Of a stretch of DNA of 64,000 bases, positions 55,949-64,000 are shown in pieces. The DNA comes from a bacterium. Lineage in GTDB: Bacteria > Patescibacteriota > Minisyncoccia > UBA6257 > GWB1-50-10. A model generated the notes under the pieces. The model did no database searches. It worked only from the letters and a program-made list of their open reading frames with translations, and was not told the DNA's origin. Made by a program: the position numbers and the translations under genes. Every line of letters starts with the position of its first letter. The stretch's first letter is position 1. Location of the stretch: positions 7,009 to 71,008 of the forward strand of contig JAKAID010000002.1 of the NCBI GenBank assembly GCA_021814545.1, given 5' to 3'.

Positions 55949-58239
55949 TAAGAAAGTTTTGCTGTTTTAAGCCGTAACGAATTGCCAACGACCGTCACGC
56001 TGCTCCCCGCCATGGCGAGTCCTGCGAACACGGGGCTCAAAAAGATGCCCCAGAGCGGATAGAGCGCTCCTGCCGCAACGGGAATGCCGACAACGTTGTA
56101 GAAGAATGCCCAAAAAAGATTCTGCCTGATGGTCCGCATCGTGCGCCGCGCAAGTACGTATGCCTGCACTGCCTTCTGAATATCCCCCTTAAGAAGGGTG
56201 ATGCCTGCCGCCTCCATCGCAATGTCCGTGCCCGTTGCCATCGCTATTCCCACATTCGCCTGCGTGAGCGCGGGGGCATCGTTAATGCCGTCTCCCACCA
56301 TTGCCACGATGCGTCCTTCCCCCTGGAGCATGCGAACCTTCTCCGCTTTTTCGCGCGGCAGCACCTCGGCGAACACTTCATCAATGCCTGCCTGCGCCGC
56401 AATGTAGCGCGCGGCTTTTTCGTGGTCGCCCGTGAGCATTGCGGTCTTTATCCCGCGCTTGTGGAGCTCTGCGATCGCCTCCCGCGCACCCACCTTGATG
56501 GTGTCGCTCAGCGCCAAAAATCCTGCTACGGCAGCTCCCTTTACTATCACCACGACCGTTTTCCCCTCGTCGAGGAGCGCGCCGAGTTCCGATGTCATAT
56601 CTTCCGCGACGGGCTTGCGTACCACGACTTCCTGTCCCGCAAGCACCCCCTTCACGCCCACCCCCTCCATCGTTTCAAAATCATGCGGCTCAAGAAGCGT
56701 GAGTCCTCGTTTCTTCGCTTCCTCGACTATCGCGAGGCCGAGCGGATGGTTGGAGTGGCGCTCAACACTTGCCGCAAGCGTGAGAAGCTCGCCCTCGCTC
56801 AATCCTGCGCGCGGCACGATAGTTACGATGCGCGGCGCACCCTCGGTAATGGTGCCGGTTTTATCGAACACGAATGTGTTAACGCGTGAAAGCTCTTCAA
56901 GCGCCTCGGCGCCCTTAATAAGTATCCCGTTTTCTGCGCCCTTGCCGACGCCCACGATAATGGCGGTCGGCGTTGCAAGACCAAGCGCGCACGGGCAGGC
57001 AATAACGAGCACGCCAACGAACGCGAGGAGCGCATACGAGAATGCAGCGGTCGTGCCAAGCTGCCACCCGCCTACTACTAACCAGAGTACAAATGAAAGC
57101 GCGGCAATGCCGAGCACTATCGGCACGAATATACCCGATATTCTATCGGCAAGCGCCTGAATGGGCGCCTTCGAGCCCTGTGCTTCCGCGACCATCTTCA
57201 CTATCTGCGCAAGCATGGTATCTGCCCCCACGCGCGTCGCGCGGCATTTCAATACGCCCTGCTTATTGATGGTGGCGCCCACGACCACATCTCCCGCCTT
57301 CTTGTCCACGGGCACCGGTTCTCCCGTTATCATCGACTCGTCAACCGCCGACTTCCCCTCAGCAACCACGCCATCAACAGGAACTTTCGCCCCTGGCCGC
57401 ACCACAAAAATATCGCCCATCGCCACCTCCGCAATAGGGACCTCCACTTCTTTCCCGTTGCGTACCACAATCGCGGTTTTCGCCTGGAGGCCGAGTAGCT
57501 TTTCTATCGCTTCACCGGTGCGGAGCCGCGAACGCGCCTCGAGATACTTCCCCAGAAGCACGAACCCGATAACCACGATGACCACATCAAAATATGCGTA
57601 CTCGGGAAGATTAAAATATTCTCGCACGCGTGGGAAAAGGACGAGTATGGCACTGTAGGTATACGCCGCAAGCGTCCCTATGCCAATGAGCGAATCCATG
57701 TTCGCCACACGGTAGCGGACGAACCTTACGAATCCGGCAATGAACGTGGCGCCCGCCCAAAAGAGCACCACGCTTGAAAGCACGAGGAGAGTCGCGTTTT
57801 GAATCTCAGGCGAAATAGGAATTTTCGGCATCCTCAAGAGATAGGTTGCCGCGATGTCCCAGAGCATTGCCGCAAAGACCACAAGCGCCACGGGGAATGT
57901 GAACGCGACCTTCCGCCCGAGCGCCGCAAGCTCCGCAAGCTTCTCCTCCTTACGCCGCATGTCGGGCCCATGCATATGCTCATGCCCGCTCATGTCCATA
58001 CCGGGCGTGTGCACGTGGCCGCCCTGCGGGTCTTCGAGCGAGTAGCCGAGCATGCCTATCGTCTCGTTCATCTTTTGAAGCGTCGTTTCGGGTGACGAGG
58101 TTTCCACCTTCGCCGTTTCAGTGCCGAAATTAATATCCGCCTTTGTAACACCGGGAAGTGCCGCGAGCCGCTTGGTAATAATGGCGGCACAGCTTGCACA
58201 ATGCATACCCTTCACGGCGTACGTTCGTGTTGAAGTCAT
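55948..58239 (-). CDS. copA: Copper-translocating P1B-type ATPase
   Basis: N-terminal [11 protein letters not shown], the CPC motif in TM6, DKTGTIT phosphorylation site, and the GDGINDAP hinge. Confidence 0.9.
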   Translation of the reverse strand: MTSTRTYAVKGMHCASCAAIITKRLAALPGVTKADINFGTETAKVETSSPETTLQKMNETIGMLGYSLEDPQGGHVHTPGMDMSGHEHMHGPDMRRKEEKLAELAALGRKVAFTFPVALVVFAAMLWDIAATYLLRMPKIPISPEIQNATLLVLSSVVLFWAGATFIAGFVRFVRYRVANMDSLIGIGTLAAYTYSAILVLFPRVREYFNLPEYAYFDVVIVVIGFVLLGKYLEARSRLRTGEAIEKLLGLQAKTAIVVRNGKEVEVPIAEVAMGDIFVVRPGAKVPVDGVVAEGKSAVDESMITGEPVPVDKKAGDVVVGATINKQGVLKCRATRVGADTMLAQIVKMVAEAQGSKAPIQALADRISGIFVPIVLGIAALSFVLWLVVGGWQLGTTAAFSYALLAFVGVLVIACPCALGLATPTAIIVGVGKGAENGILIKGAEALEELSRVNTFVFDKTGTITEGAPRIVTIVPRAGLSEGELLTLAASVERHSNHPLGLAIVEEAKKRGLTLLEPHDFETMEGVGVKGVLAGQEVVVRKPVAEDMTSELGALLDEGKTVVVIVKGAAVAGFLALSDTIKVGAREAIAELHKRGIKTAMLTGDHEKAARYIAAQAGIDEVFAEVLPREKAEKVRMLQGEGRIVAMVGDGINDAPALTQANVGIAMATGTDIAMEAAGITLLKGDIQKAVQAYVLARRTMRTIRQNLFWAFFYNVVGIPVAAGALYPLWGIFLSPVFAGLAMAGSSVTVVGNSLRLKTAKLS

Positions 58240-58257
58240 GGTAATGCGCGGGCGCGA

Positions 58258-58491
58258 TTATTCCTCTATGTCCTTTTTCTTCGCCTCGTACTCCTTCTTA
58301 TCTATTTCTCCCCTTGCATACCGTTCGTTCAAAAGGTCGAGCGCGCGCGAGCGTGAATGCCGCCCGCGTGACGCCTCACCTACCAACCACACCACGAACG
58401 CTATCCCCAATACCCAGAAAAGCACCATGCCCGCCATCATAAGCCATCCCGACACGCCCCAATCAAACATTCCGCCATAGTAATTCCACAT
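58258..58491 (-). CDS. SHOCT-domain small membrane protein
   Basis: TM helix plus LLNERYARGEIDKKEYEAKKKDI, a SHOCT motif. Start taken at MWNYYGG. Confidence 0.55.
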   Translation of the reverse strand: MWNYYGGMFDWGVSGWLMMAGMVLFWVLGIAFVVWLVGEASRGRHSRSRALDLLNERYARGEIDKKEYEAKKKDIEE

Positions 58492-58725
58492 ATGTTTATT
58501 ATACTCTTGATTGATATTTGCACCTTTAGAGGACGCTGCACGCGCCTCCGTTCCCCGCATCAACTTCCGCTGAGCCGTTCCGCGGCGCAGGGCGCGGAAC
58601 AGCCTCCTGCCGCTCCGCCCCAGCCCCCACCGAGTAGACCCAGGCGAGCCCCACGATAAGAAACGCAAGAAAAACGCTTATCACCACCATGCGATTGCTA
58701 ATGCCAAGATCCATGGAGATAAGTA

Positions 58726-59628
58726 TTACGCGCCGCAGCCATTTCCCTTCGCACCGCCCGCGGTCGGTATCACAAGCGACCGCACTCGCTGAAACCCTTG
58801 TATGCTCGAATAGTCGGCGCCAAGCAATACCTTGGGGTCAGCGGTGCCCCACGATTGCCCGTTCGCCGCGAGGTACTTCCCGATGGTGAGATAGGTTTCC
58901 GGAAACCAGTATGCGTTGACCTGCAACGCCGCTCTATACATATCTGGCTCCGAAACACCCTGCGAGGCCATAAGCTCGAGAAGACCGAGCATCGCCATGC
59001 CGTGGTTACAATCCGGAAAATGCGTCGAGTTGCCGCAGCAAGGCCTGAATATGTTCCTCGAAACGCGATCTACGAGTTGCTGCTCGTCGCTCGTAAGACG
59101 TATGAGTGCGTGCCGGCTGTAGTGGTCCATTGCGTTGCCGCGCGCGAGCGTCCATCCGCCCGTCGACGCGAACTGCTGCGGTCCTCCATAGCGCGGGTCC
59201 GCCATTTCCCCCGCATCAAGAATTGGATTTTTGTTGGCGAGCCCGAGCGCCCACAGAAGATTCAATACATAGCCTTCATTTTCATCCGTTATTCTCAATT
59301 TCCCGTTATCGCTGCCAAGAAGAAATTTCCTGTTCTCGTCCGTAAATCCCCCGCGCGCCTCATAGAGCGCTTGATACTTTTGCGGGTCGATGGCACCAAG
59401 CGCAACGAGCCGCTTACCGAGGTCTCCCCACACGATAGGAAGCTCGACTCCCTCTTTGGGGATGACCGCCGCCTCGATCTGCGCCTCAAGGTCTGTGCCG
59501 GGCGCGGAAACGGGAGCGGACTCTCGCGCCTTGTTCTGTTCCGCGCGATACACAAGCGCGCCCGCAAGCATGAGCGCAGAGAGAAGCACGCTCGCGGGGA
59601 TTAGATTTTTTTTATCAAGTAATACCAT
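58726..59628 (-). CDS. Hypothetical membrane-anchored protein with CCGNSTHFPDCNHG motif
   Basis: 300 aa with an N-terminal TM helix. Lies within the copper/redox cluster. Confidence 0.5.
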   Translation of the reverse strand: MVLLDKKNLIPASVLLSALMLAGALVYRAEQNKARESAPVSAPGTDLEAQIEAAVIPKEGVELPIVWGDLGKRLVALGAIDPQKYQALYEARGGFTDENRKFLLGSDNGKLRITDENEGYVLNLLWALGLANKNPILDAGEMADPRYGGPQQFASTGGWTLARGNAMDHYSRHALIRLTSDEQQLVDRVSRNIFRPCCGNSTHFPDCNHGMAMLGLLELMASQGVSEPDMYRAALQVNAYWFPETYLTIGKYLAANGQSWGTADPKVLLGADYSSIQGFQRVRSLVIPTAGGAKGNGCGA

Positions 59629-59643
59629 GGTAATGAATGTGGT

Positions 59644-60423
59644 TTAGATGAAGAGCACCCCGATACCAAGAAGGACCATCGCAAGACCGGCCCACAGGTG
59701 GAACGTCCGCACATGCGCCCGCTTCCACTCTTGCATCTTGCCGAGAAGCGCGGTGTCCGAAGCGATGCGCAGCACAGCAACAAGCGGTGCGATAAGAAGC
59801 GCGTTGTAGAGAAAGAGATAACCGACGCCGCTTATGTACGTAACGTTATCCCGCAAAAGTCCGATAACCATAAGGTACGGCCCGCCCATGCAGGGAAACT
59901 GGCAGATACCCACCAGGAGCCCGAGCCCGAATGCGGCCGGCATTGATGCGCGCTCCATGAGCCGCGCCATCGCGCTATGCGCGGACGAGGGCAGCGAGAG
60001 CCGAATGGGAAACTTTGGGAACAGAGCTCCCGCTATATTCAATACGCCGAACAGGACAAGAAGTGTTGCGCCGAGCTTGCCCATGAAATGTGGCGTATTG
60101 AAAAGATGAAGTACGTTCAGAACGCCAAGCCCTATGAGGAGATACGCCGTGAAAATCCCCGCGATGTAGACACCTCCGACTGCCAGAATCTTACGCCGTG
60201 TCATCTGCATACCAAAGAGAAACGCGATGGTAATGAGCAATATTGAGAACGAGCACGGATGCACGCTGTCGAGAAGCGCCGAAACAAGCACAAGCGGCAG
60301 GAGCCACGCACCGTTGTTGCTTATACTCCAAAGGAATGTCGAAAGCCCCGCGTTTTGCTTCAATGCAACAACAAGAACGAAGGCAAGCACGACAAGGCTT
60401 GTGATAATAATGAACCGTTTCAT
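59644..60423 (-). CDS. CcdA/DsbD-family transmembrane thiol-disulfide electron transporter
   Basis: Six TM segments with the paired Cys sites ...DSVHPCSFS... and ...GICQFPCMGG.... Confidence 0.75.
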   Translation of the reverse strand: MKRFIIITSLVVLAFVLVVALKQNAGLSTFLWSISNNGAWLLPLVLVSALLDSVHPCSFSILLITIAFLFGMQMTRRKILAVGGVYIAGIFTAYLLIGLGVLNVLHLFNTPHFMGKLGATLLVLFGVLNIAGALFPKFPIRLSLPSSAHSAMARLMERASMPAAFGLGLLVGICQFPCMGGPYLMVIGLLRDNVTYISGVGYLFLYNALLIAPLVAVLRIASDTALLGKMQEWKRAHVRTFHLWAGLAMVLLGIGVLFI

Positions 60424-60426
60424 GCC

Positions 60427-60930
60427 TCAGGGCGTTACGATCGCTTTTATTTCGAAACGAAGCGCACCCCCGTTCGAATCGGTGAGATACACGAACCGGT
60501 CGATCGGCCCCACGCCCGCGGGCCCATGAGCTGCGGGGTCATATACGACCTTTACTGTAAATGCACCTCCCGCCCTCACCACTTCGTTTGCCGGCGGCAC
60601 AAAACCCATCCCCGGCATCCCGAAAGGCCCCCTCTCCGCGCCACTGTTCTCGATGTACGCGCTCGTACACATACAAGAGGTGGTGAGCGTAACGAGCGTA
60701 ACATCCTCCTTGGTCGAATTCGTGATACCGAATTCCTTGCTCACCTTTCCGTTCGCCATTGATATCGTTCCGAAATCATAGAAGGTGGAGGTGGCAACAA
60801 ATACGCTTGCCTTCTCCCCCTGCCCGGAGGCGCTTGTCGCCGTCGGCGCCGGTCGCGCAAACCAAAGAAGACCGAGAAGTCCGATAACTGCTAACAAAAA
60901 AACAATGATTGTATTATTACTATATTTCAT
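60427..60930 (-). CDS. DUF1573-domain protein (membrane-anchored)
   Basis: LTTSCMCTS CxC motif within a beta-rich domain typical of DUF1573. Confidence 0.6.
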   Translation of the reverse strand: MKYSNNTIIVFLLAVIGLLGLLWFARPAPTATSASGQGEKASVFVATSTFYDFGTISMANGKVSKEFGITNSTKEDVTLVTLTTSCMCTSAYIENSGAERGPFGMPGMGFVPPANEVVRAGGAFTVKVVYDPAAHGPAGVGPIDRFVYLTDSNGGALRFEIKAIVTP

Positions 60931-61016
60931 ACGTGATAGAATTAGTTGAACAAAAACATTCCCTTAAGAAGGAATTGTGCAAGCACGACAACACTGCGGC
61001 GTTTGCCGTGCCTGGG

Positions 61017-61397
61017 TTACGCCGCGGGACTTAATTCAAAAAGCGCGAGCCAAGAACGCAGTTCTTTGAGAACGAGTAGTGAGCGCGTACGCGTGTACGC
61101 AAAATGAAACGCCTTGTCCGGGGGCGAGGAAGGCGAAGTGTTCGCGAAAAAAACAAGAAAAAGAATGGCGAGCGCCAATACGAACACGGACACAAGCGGA
61201 ATGGTCACCTGAAAAAGATCTCCATACGCAACGATGTGGTGGAGCATGAAGCTCATAGCGCCAAGCGGGCACTCAATCCCGCCCATCATGGATGCGGCAC
61301 AATCAGGAGCGCGATGGTCCATACGATGATTAAAAAGCACGAACCCGAACGCGGTCATTCCAATAAGGCTTATAAGCAGCACAGTCGCAAGTCGCAT
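61017..61397 (-). CDS. Hypothetical multi-pass membrane protein
   Basis: 126 aa with ~3 TM segments. Confidence 0.4.
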   Translation of the reverse strand: MRLATVLLISLIGMTAFGFVLFNHRMDHRAPDCAASMMGGIECPLGAMSFMLHHIVAYGDLFQVTIPLVSVFVLALAILFLVFFANTSPSSPPDKAFHFAYTRTRSLLVLKELRSWLALFELSPAA

Positions 61398-61433
61398 ATT
61401 GTAACTAATTATAATGCTCCGCGCCTCTTCGGG

Positions 61434-61934
61434 TCAACGTGTTGGGCGCACGACAAGCGCCGCCGTCGCGCACGCCTTTTCGAGCGTGGTGCAAAGCGGC
61501 ACGCGCGGACAATCCTGCGTGAAGCGCCTCCTAATATAGCGCGCATTTGTGAACCCATCCTCAATACCCACCACAAGGCGCACGCCATCGCGTTCATGCC
61601 GCACCTTCCATTCTGCAAGTTCGAAGCGCGTAGTCTGCGCATAGGCGCGGTCACAAAAATGCTCCGCCTCTTTCGCGAGCCAGAACAGTATCACCCCGTC
61701 TTTTGCCGCCCGGCGCAAGTACTTCGTTTCCCAATCAACCTGCCGTTCGTAATTGAAATCGTTATGGAGATATTCCCGCCGCGGTGAAGCAATGTGGAGT
61801 GAAGGCGCATGCGCGCGCAAATATGCAATGGCGCGCGTCTGCCAATCGGGTGCTCCCTGAATTGGTCCCGCAAGAAAAACAATAGGTCCTGAAACCTCAA
61901 TATACTCAGGCACCACGATTACCTTACCGCCCAT
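61434..61934 (-). CDS. Nucleoside 2-deoxyribosyltransferase-like (Rcl/DNPH1-like) protein
   Basis: IVFLAGPIQGAPDW near the N-terminus, as in the NDT/Rcl Rossmann-like fold. Confidence 0.4.
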   Translation of the reverse strand: MGGKVIVVPEYIEVSGPIVFLAGPIQGAPDWQTRAIAYLRAHAPSLHIASPRREYLHNDFNYERQVDWETKYLRRAAKDGVILFWLAKEAEHFCDRAYAQTTRFELAEWKVRHERDGVRLVVGIEDGFTNARYIRRRFTQDCPRVPLCTTLEKACATAALVVRPTR

Positions 61935-62022
61935 AGATTAATGGTATCACGCCGCCGAGTTTTATCCGTGCAATTTCCGATATACTGAATATATGGATAC
62001 GTCCGCGGGGGCCCGGCGGACA

Positions 62023-62056
62023 AATAAAAAATCCGCTCGTAATGAGCGGATTTTTT
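62023..62056. terminator. Bidirectional rho-independent terminator
   Basis: AAAAAATCCGCTCgtaatGAGCGGATTTTTTCTT. Confidence 0.5.
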
Positions 62057-62057
62057 C

Positions 62058-62240
62058 TTAACGGCGCCGCTTTGCGGCCTTCTTCCTTTTCTTCGGTGCA
62101 ACCTTCTTTCTCTTTGCGGGAGCGTGTTTCTTTGCTTTTTTCTTCATAAATGAACGAGTACAAAATTTTTTTCGACCTTTGCTGCCTGCGCAGCTCTCTC
62201 TTGTCATTATTGTAGCACGCAGATTTTTTGAAATTTGCAT
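62058..62240 (-). CDS. Small Lys/Arg-rich basic protein
   Basis: C-terminal MKKKAKKHAPAKRKKVAPKKRKKAAKRRR. Flanked by terminators on both sides. Start uncertain. Confidence 0.35.
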   Translation of the reverse strand: MQISKNLRATIMTRESCAGSKGRKKFCTRSFMKKKAKKHAPAKRKKVAPKKRKKAAKRRR

Positions 62241-62312
62241 TTTCTTGAATATTGCTGTGCATAACTTCTGAAAAATTAAAAGCCCCGCGATGCACGGGGC
62301 TAAAATTTTTTT

Positions 62313-62540
62313 CTACTTTCGCCGGTCGACCCACGAGTGTCCACAATCCGGACAAAAGTGCGTGAGAACGCCATCGTCGACCACGCTGTCCTGGTCCGGA
62401 TGCGTACAGTCCTTCTGAAGCTCGTCGAGCTCGAACGAAAGCTCGTCGAGAATGCGCTCGAGTGCGGCGATCGCGGAGTCGAGCGCGTGCCGATTCGCGC
62501 GAACATCGATCTGCGTGAGCGTACGCTTGGGTTTCGCCAT
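62313..62540 (-). CDS. Small protein with C-terminal zinc-ribbon-like motif
   Basis: MAKPKRTLTQ... CTHPDQ...CPDCGH. GGGG-type SD upstream, and a terminator (GCCCCGcgatgCACGGGGC + T-run) downstream. Confidence 0.45.
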   Translation of the reverse strand: MAKPKRTLTQIDVRANRHALDSAIAALERILDELSFELDELQKDCTHPDQDSVVDDGVLTHFCPDCGHSWVDRRK

Positions 62541-62553
62541 TGGGTCGCCCCTT

Positions 62554-62997
62554 TCAGGCACGTGCGGCGCGAAGCAGGTCGGTCGCGTGCGCGACCGCGC
62601 GCGCGAATTCATCGAACCCGATGCGCGCGTAAACCTTGGGCATCGCGCGCTTGTCGGGCGTGTAAAGCAATGCCGGACGCGTGTAGGACGTGGGGTGGTC
62701 ATGCATGAGAATGGGGCCGCCCGCCATCCCCACGGGGTAGGGGTCAATCAGCCCGTAGTCCTGCGTGACGAGCCAGGAGTGCTCGAATCTCTTGAAAAAA
62801 TAGCCGTCAACGCACTCAAGCTCGGAGAAAAGCGCCGCGAACGCGCGCGCGAAGATGTGGCATGAAAGCTCGATAGGCCTCCCCCGTTTGTCATTCCAGA
62901 GCACAACGTTCTGGGGAAACTTGTCGACCATCGCCTCGACGACCGCAAACAGCGCCTTATCCCTCTCCGCCACGAACTGCCACATATATGGCTTCAT
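62554..62997 (-). CDS. Hypothetical protein (147 aa)
   Basis: Clean ORF immediately upstream of the zinc-ribbon mini-gene. Confidence 0.45.
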   Translation of the reverse strand: MKPYMWQFVAERDKALFAVVEAMVDKFPQNVVLWNDKRGRPIELSCHIFARAFAALFSELECVDGYFFKRFEHSWLVTQDYGLIDPYPVGMAGGPILMHDHPTSYTRPALLYTPDKRAMPKVYARIGFDEFARAVAHATDLLRAARA

Positions 62998-63093
62998 TGC
63001 CTCCTCCCAAAGACGAGAATTAATGTGAATAAATTACTACGCGCACGATACCATGTGAATGCCCGCAGCGCAATTACTACATATTCCCGCAGA

Positions 63094-63303
63094 CTAATCG
63101 AATGTATTGCCGCCTATCCTCATCTTTATTTCCTCCCGCAACATCTCCGCGTGCTTCTTCTCGTCCTCAAGTATTTTTTTGAGTGCCGGCTCGCTGTGGC
63201 ACTTCACCGCCGAAGCATCCTTAATGTAGTGGTTCTCAAGGCGCCAAATGGTATCGAGTGTCGTATGAAGCAGTTTTACGAGGTCGTAATTTATGTTCTT
63301 CAT
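63094..63303 (-). CDS. Small hypothetical protein (69 aa)
   Basis: Lys/Glu-rich helical ORF. Confidence 0.3.
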   Translation of the reverse strand: MKNINYDLVKLLHTTLDTIWRLENHYIKDASAVKCHSEPALKKILEDEKKHAEMLREEIKMRIGGNTFD

Positions 63304-63471
63304 GGTAATCTGTCGCTATGGTTCGAACATCGACCTTTGTGTGTGTTATGAACCAGAAAGTCGCCATGCCGAAAAGCTAAGGTAGCCCGCGAACGCAACG
63401 ATGCCAAAAAATCAGACCTATCGGCTACCTTCATATATTCAGTATATCAGACAATGCGCCCTCACCGCAGG

Positions 63472-64000
63472 TCACCAAAGTTCCGCCAATTTCCCGTATT
63501 TCGTCGTCTTTAATAGTTCGAACCACATGAGACTCGCTATCATCGCGAGCCCTATCAGAATAAGGTCGTTGAACCGAAGAGGCGCGAGATGAAAGAGCCC
63601 CGCAAGGAATGGCACATAGAGCACGGCGAGAAGGCAAAGTACCGCACCCGCAATAACCCCGAGCAATACCCTATTCGCCGAACGGAGTACGCGATAGATA
63701 CTTTTCCTCCAGGAAAGATTGATGACAATAAGCAAAAGATTACCCAAGACAAGGGAAACGAACGCAAAGGAACGCGCTTCAAGCTCGCCCCGGCCGGTCT
63801 TCATAACAAAAAGATACAGTGCAAAAGAAACGATGAGGATACCCATACCTTGGAGCAGGCTCAATCCAACCGTCCTGTGGGAGAACAAGGGCTGCGCAAG
63901 ATTCCGCGGGGGACGCTCCATGATATCGTCGGCCTCCTTTTCCGATTCGAATACCACCGAACATGCCGGGTCAATGATAAATTCCAGGAATGCGATGTGC
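63472..64000 (-). CDS. Cation-transporting P-type ATPase, C-terminal TM region. Partial; the gene continues beyond the window.
   Basis: IMERPPRNLAQPLFS followed by 3-4 TM helices, typical of P2-type ATPase TM7-10. Confidence 0.6.
   Translation of the reverse strand, partial: HIAFLEFIIDPACSVVFESEKEADDIMERPPRNLAQPLFSHRTVGLSLLQGMGILIVSFALYLFVMKTGRGELEARSFAFVSLVLGNLLLIVINLSWRKSIYRVLRSANRVLLGVIAGAVLCLLAVLYVPFLAGLFHLAPLRFNDLILIGLAMIASLMWFELLKTTKYGKLAELW

Overview
This is a high-GC (~60%) bacterial window of 64 kb. It is densely packed and almost entirely coded on the minus strand: only three convincing plus-strand genes (trigger factor at 29893, a small ORF at 42494, and a secreted IPT/TIG protein at 53498).

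The gene content looks like a metabolically reduced, CPR/Patescibacteria-like genome. This placement is inference from gene architecture only. Supporting observations: a split transketolase (separate N- and C-terminal subunits), a short trigger factor without a PPIase domain, an RF1-like release factor lacking domain 1, and a lower-glycolysis plus non-oxidative pentose-phosphate cluster (fba, PfkB kinase, tkt, rpe, rpiB, gap).

Core genes from 24 to 64 kb, all recognised from their sequence motifs:
- DNA metabolism and repair: an HhH-GPD glycosylase, a Cas4-like PD-(D/E)xK nuclease, an RRM protein, ExoVII (xseA/xseB), Nth, and a UvrD-RecB-type helicase-nuclease.
- Transport: a putative transporter and a MacAB-like ABC system with a membrane fusion protein.
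- Housekeeping: Tig, GpsA, HPF, TypA, a SAM-dependent methyltransferase, Prs, phosphoribosyltransferase, HAD and EEP hydrolases, peroxiredoxin and MurI.
- Copper homeostasis: a cluster with cupredoxin-like protein, HMA-TauE fusion, CopA, SHOCT, CcdA and DUF1573.
- The window ends inside a truncated P-type ATPase gene.

The most unusual part is an accessory-looking block from about 11.1 to 23.5 kb that begins at a small tRNA operon:
- The tRNA operon has its own promoter and terminator and holds two tRNA-like genes. Both have canonical acceptor, D and T arms, but their anticodon-arm regions are expanded by about 15 nt and about 75 nt.
- Next to it sit an HNH endonuclease and a Cys-rich partner gene, possibly a mobile-element remnant.
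- Then comes a tandem array of five divergent paralogs of an unrecognised N-terminally membrane-anchored protein family. Shared motifs include IMGxNFFG, C[KR]DTH[VIM]L, WxLxR, IAHYL, YVRCxD and a C-terminal EPDL. Four of the five copies carry a near-identical TTGACR-N17-TGTACTnA promoter, and all five have a GC-rich hairpin terminator of one shared family.
- After the array come several small or Cys-rich secreted proteins and a 1479-aa surface protein combining a zinc phospholipase-C-like domain, two lamin-tail domains, a PKD domain and Fn3-like repeats.

Other repeat-bearing or low-complexity genes:
- A 5x Cys-rich repeat secreted protein.
- A 'DGHVFD' repeat gene with a perfect 39-bp direct repeat at 51-bp spacing.
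- A Cys/Gly-rich secreted peptide.
- A Lys-rich mini-protein.

No CRISPR array, rRNA gene or integrase was recognised.

Caveat on coordinates: at a few loci my manual indexing disagreed with the ORF track by one base. Coordinates follow the ORF track, and refined internal start sites may be off by 1-3 nt.
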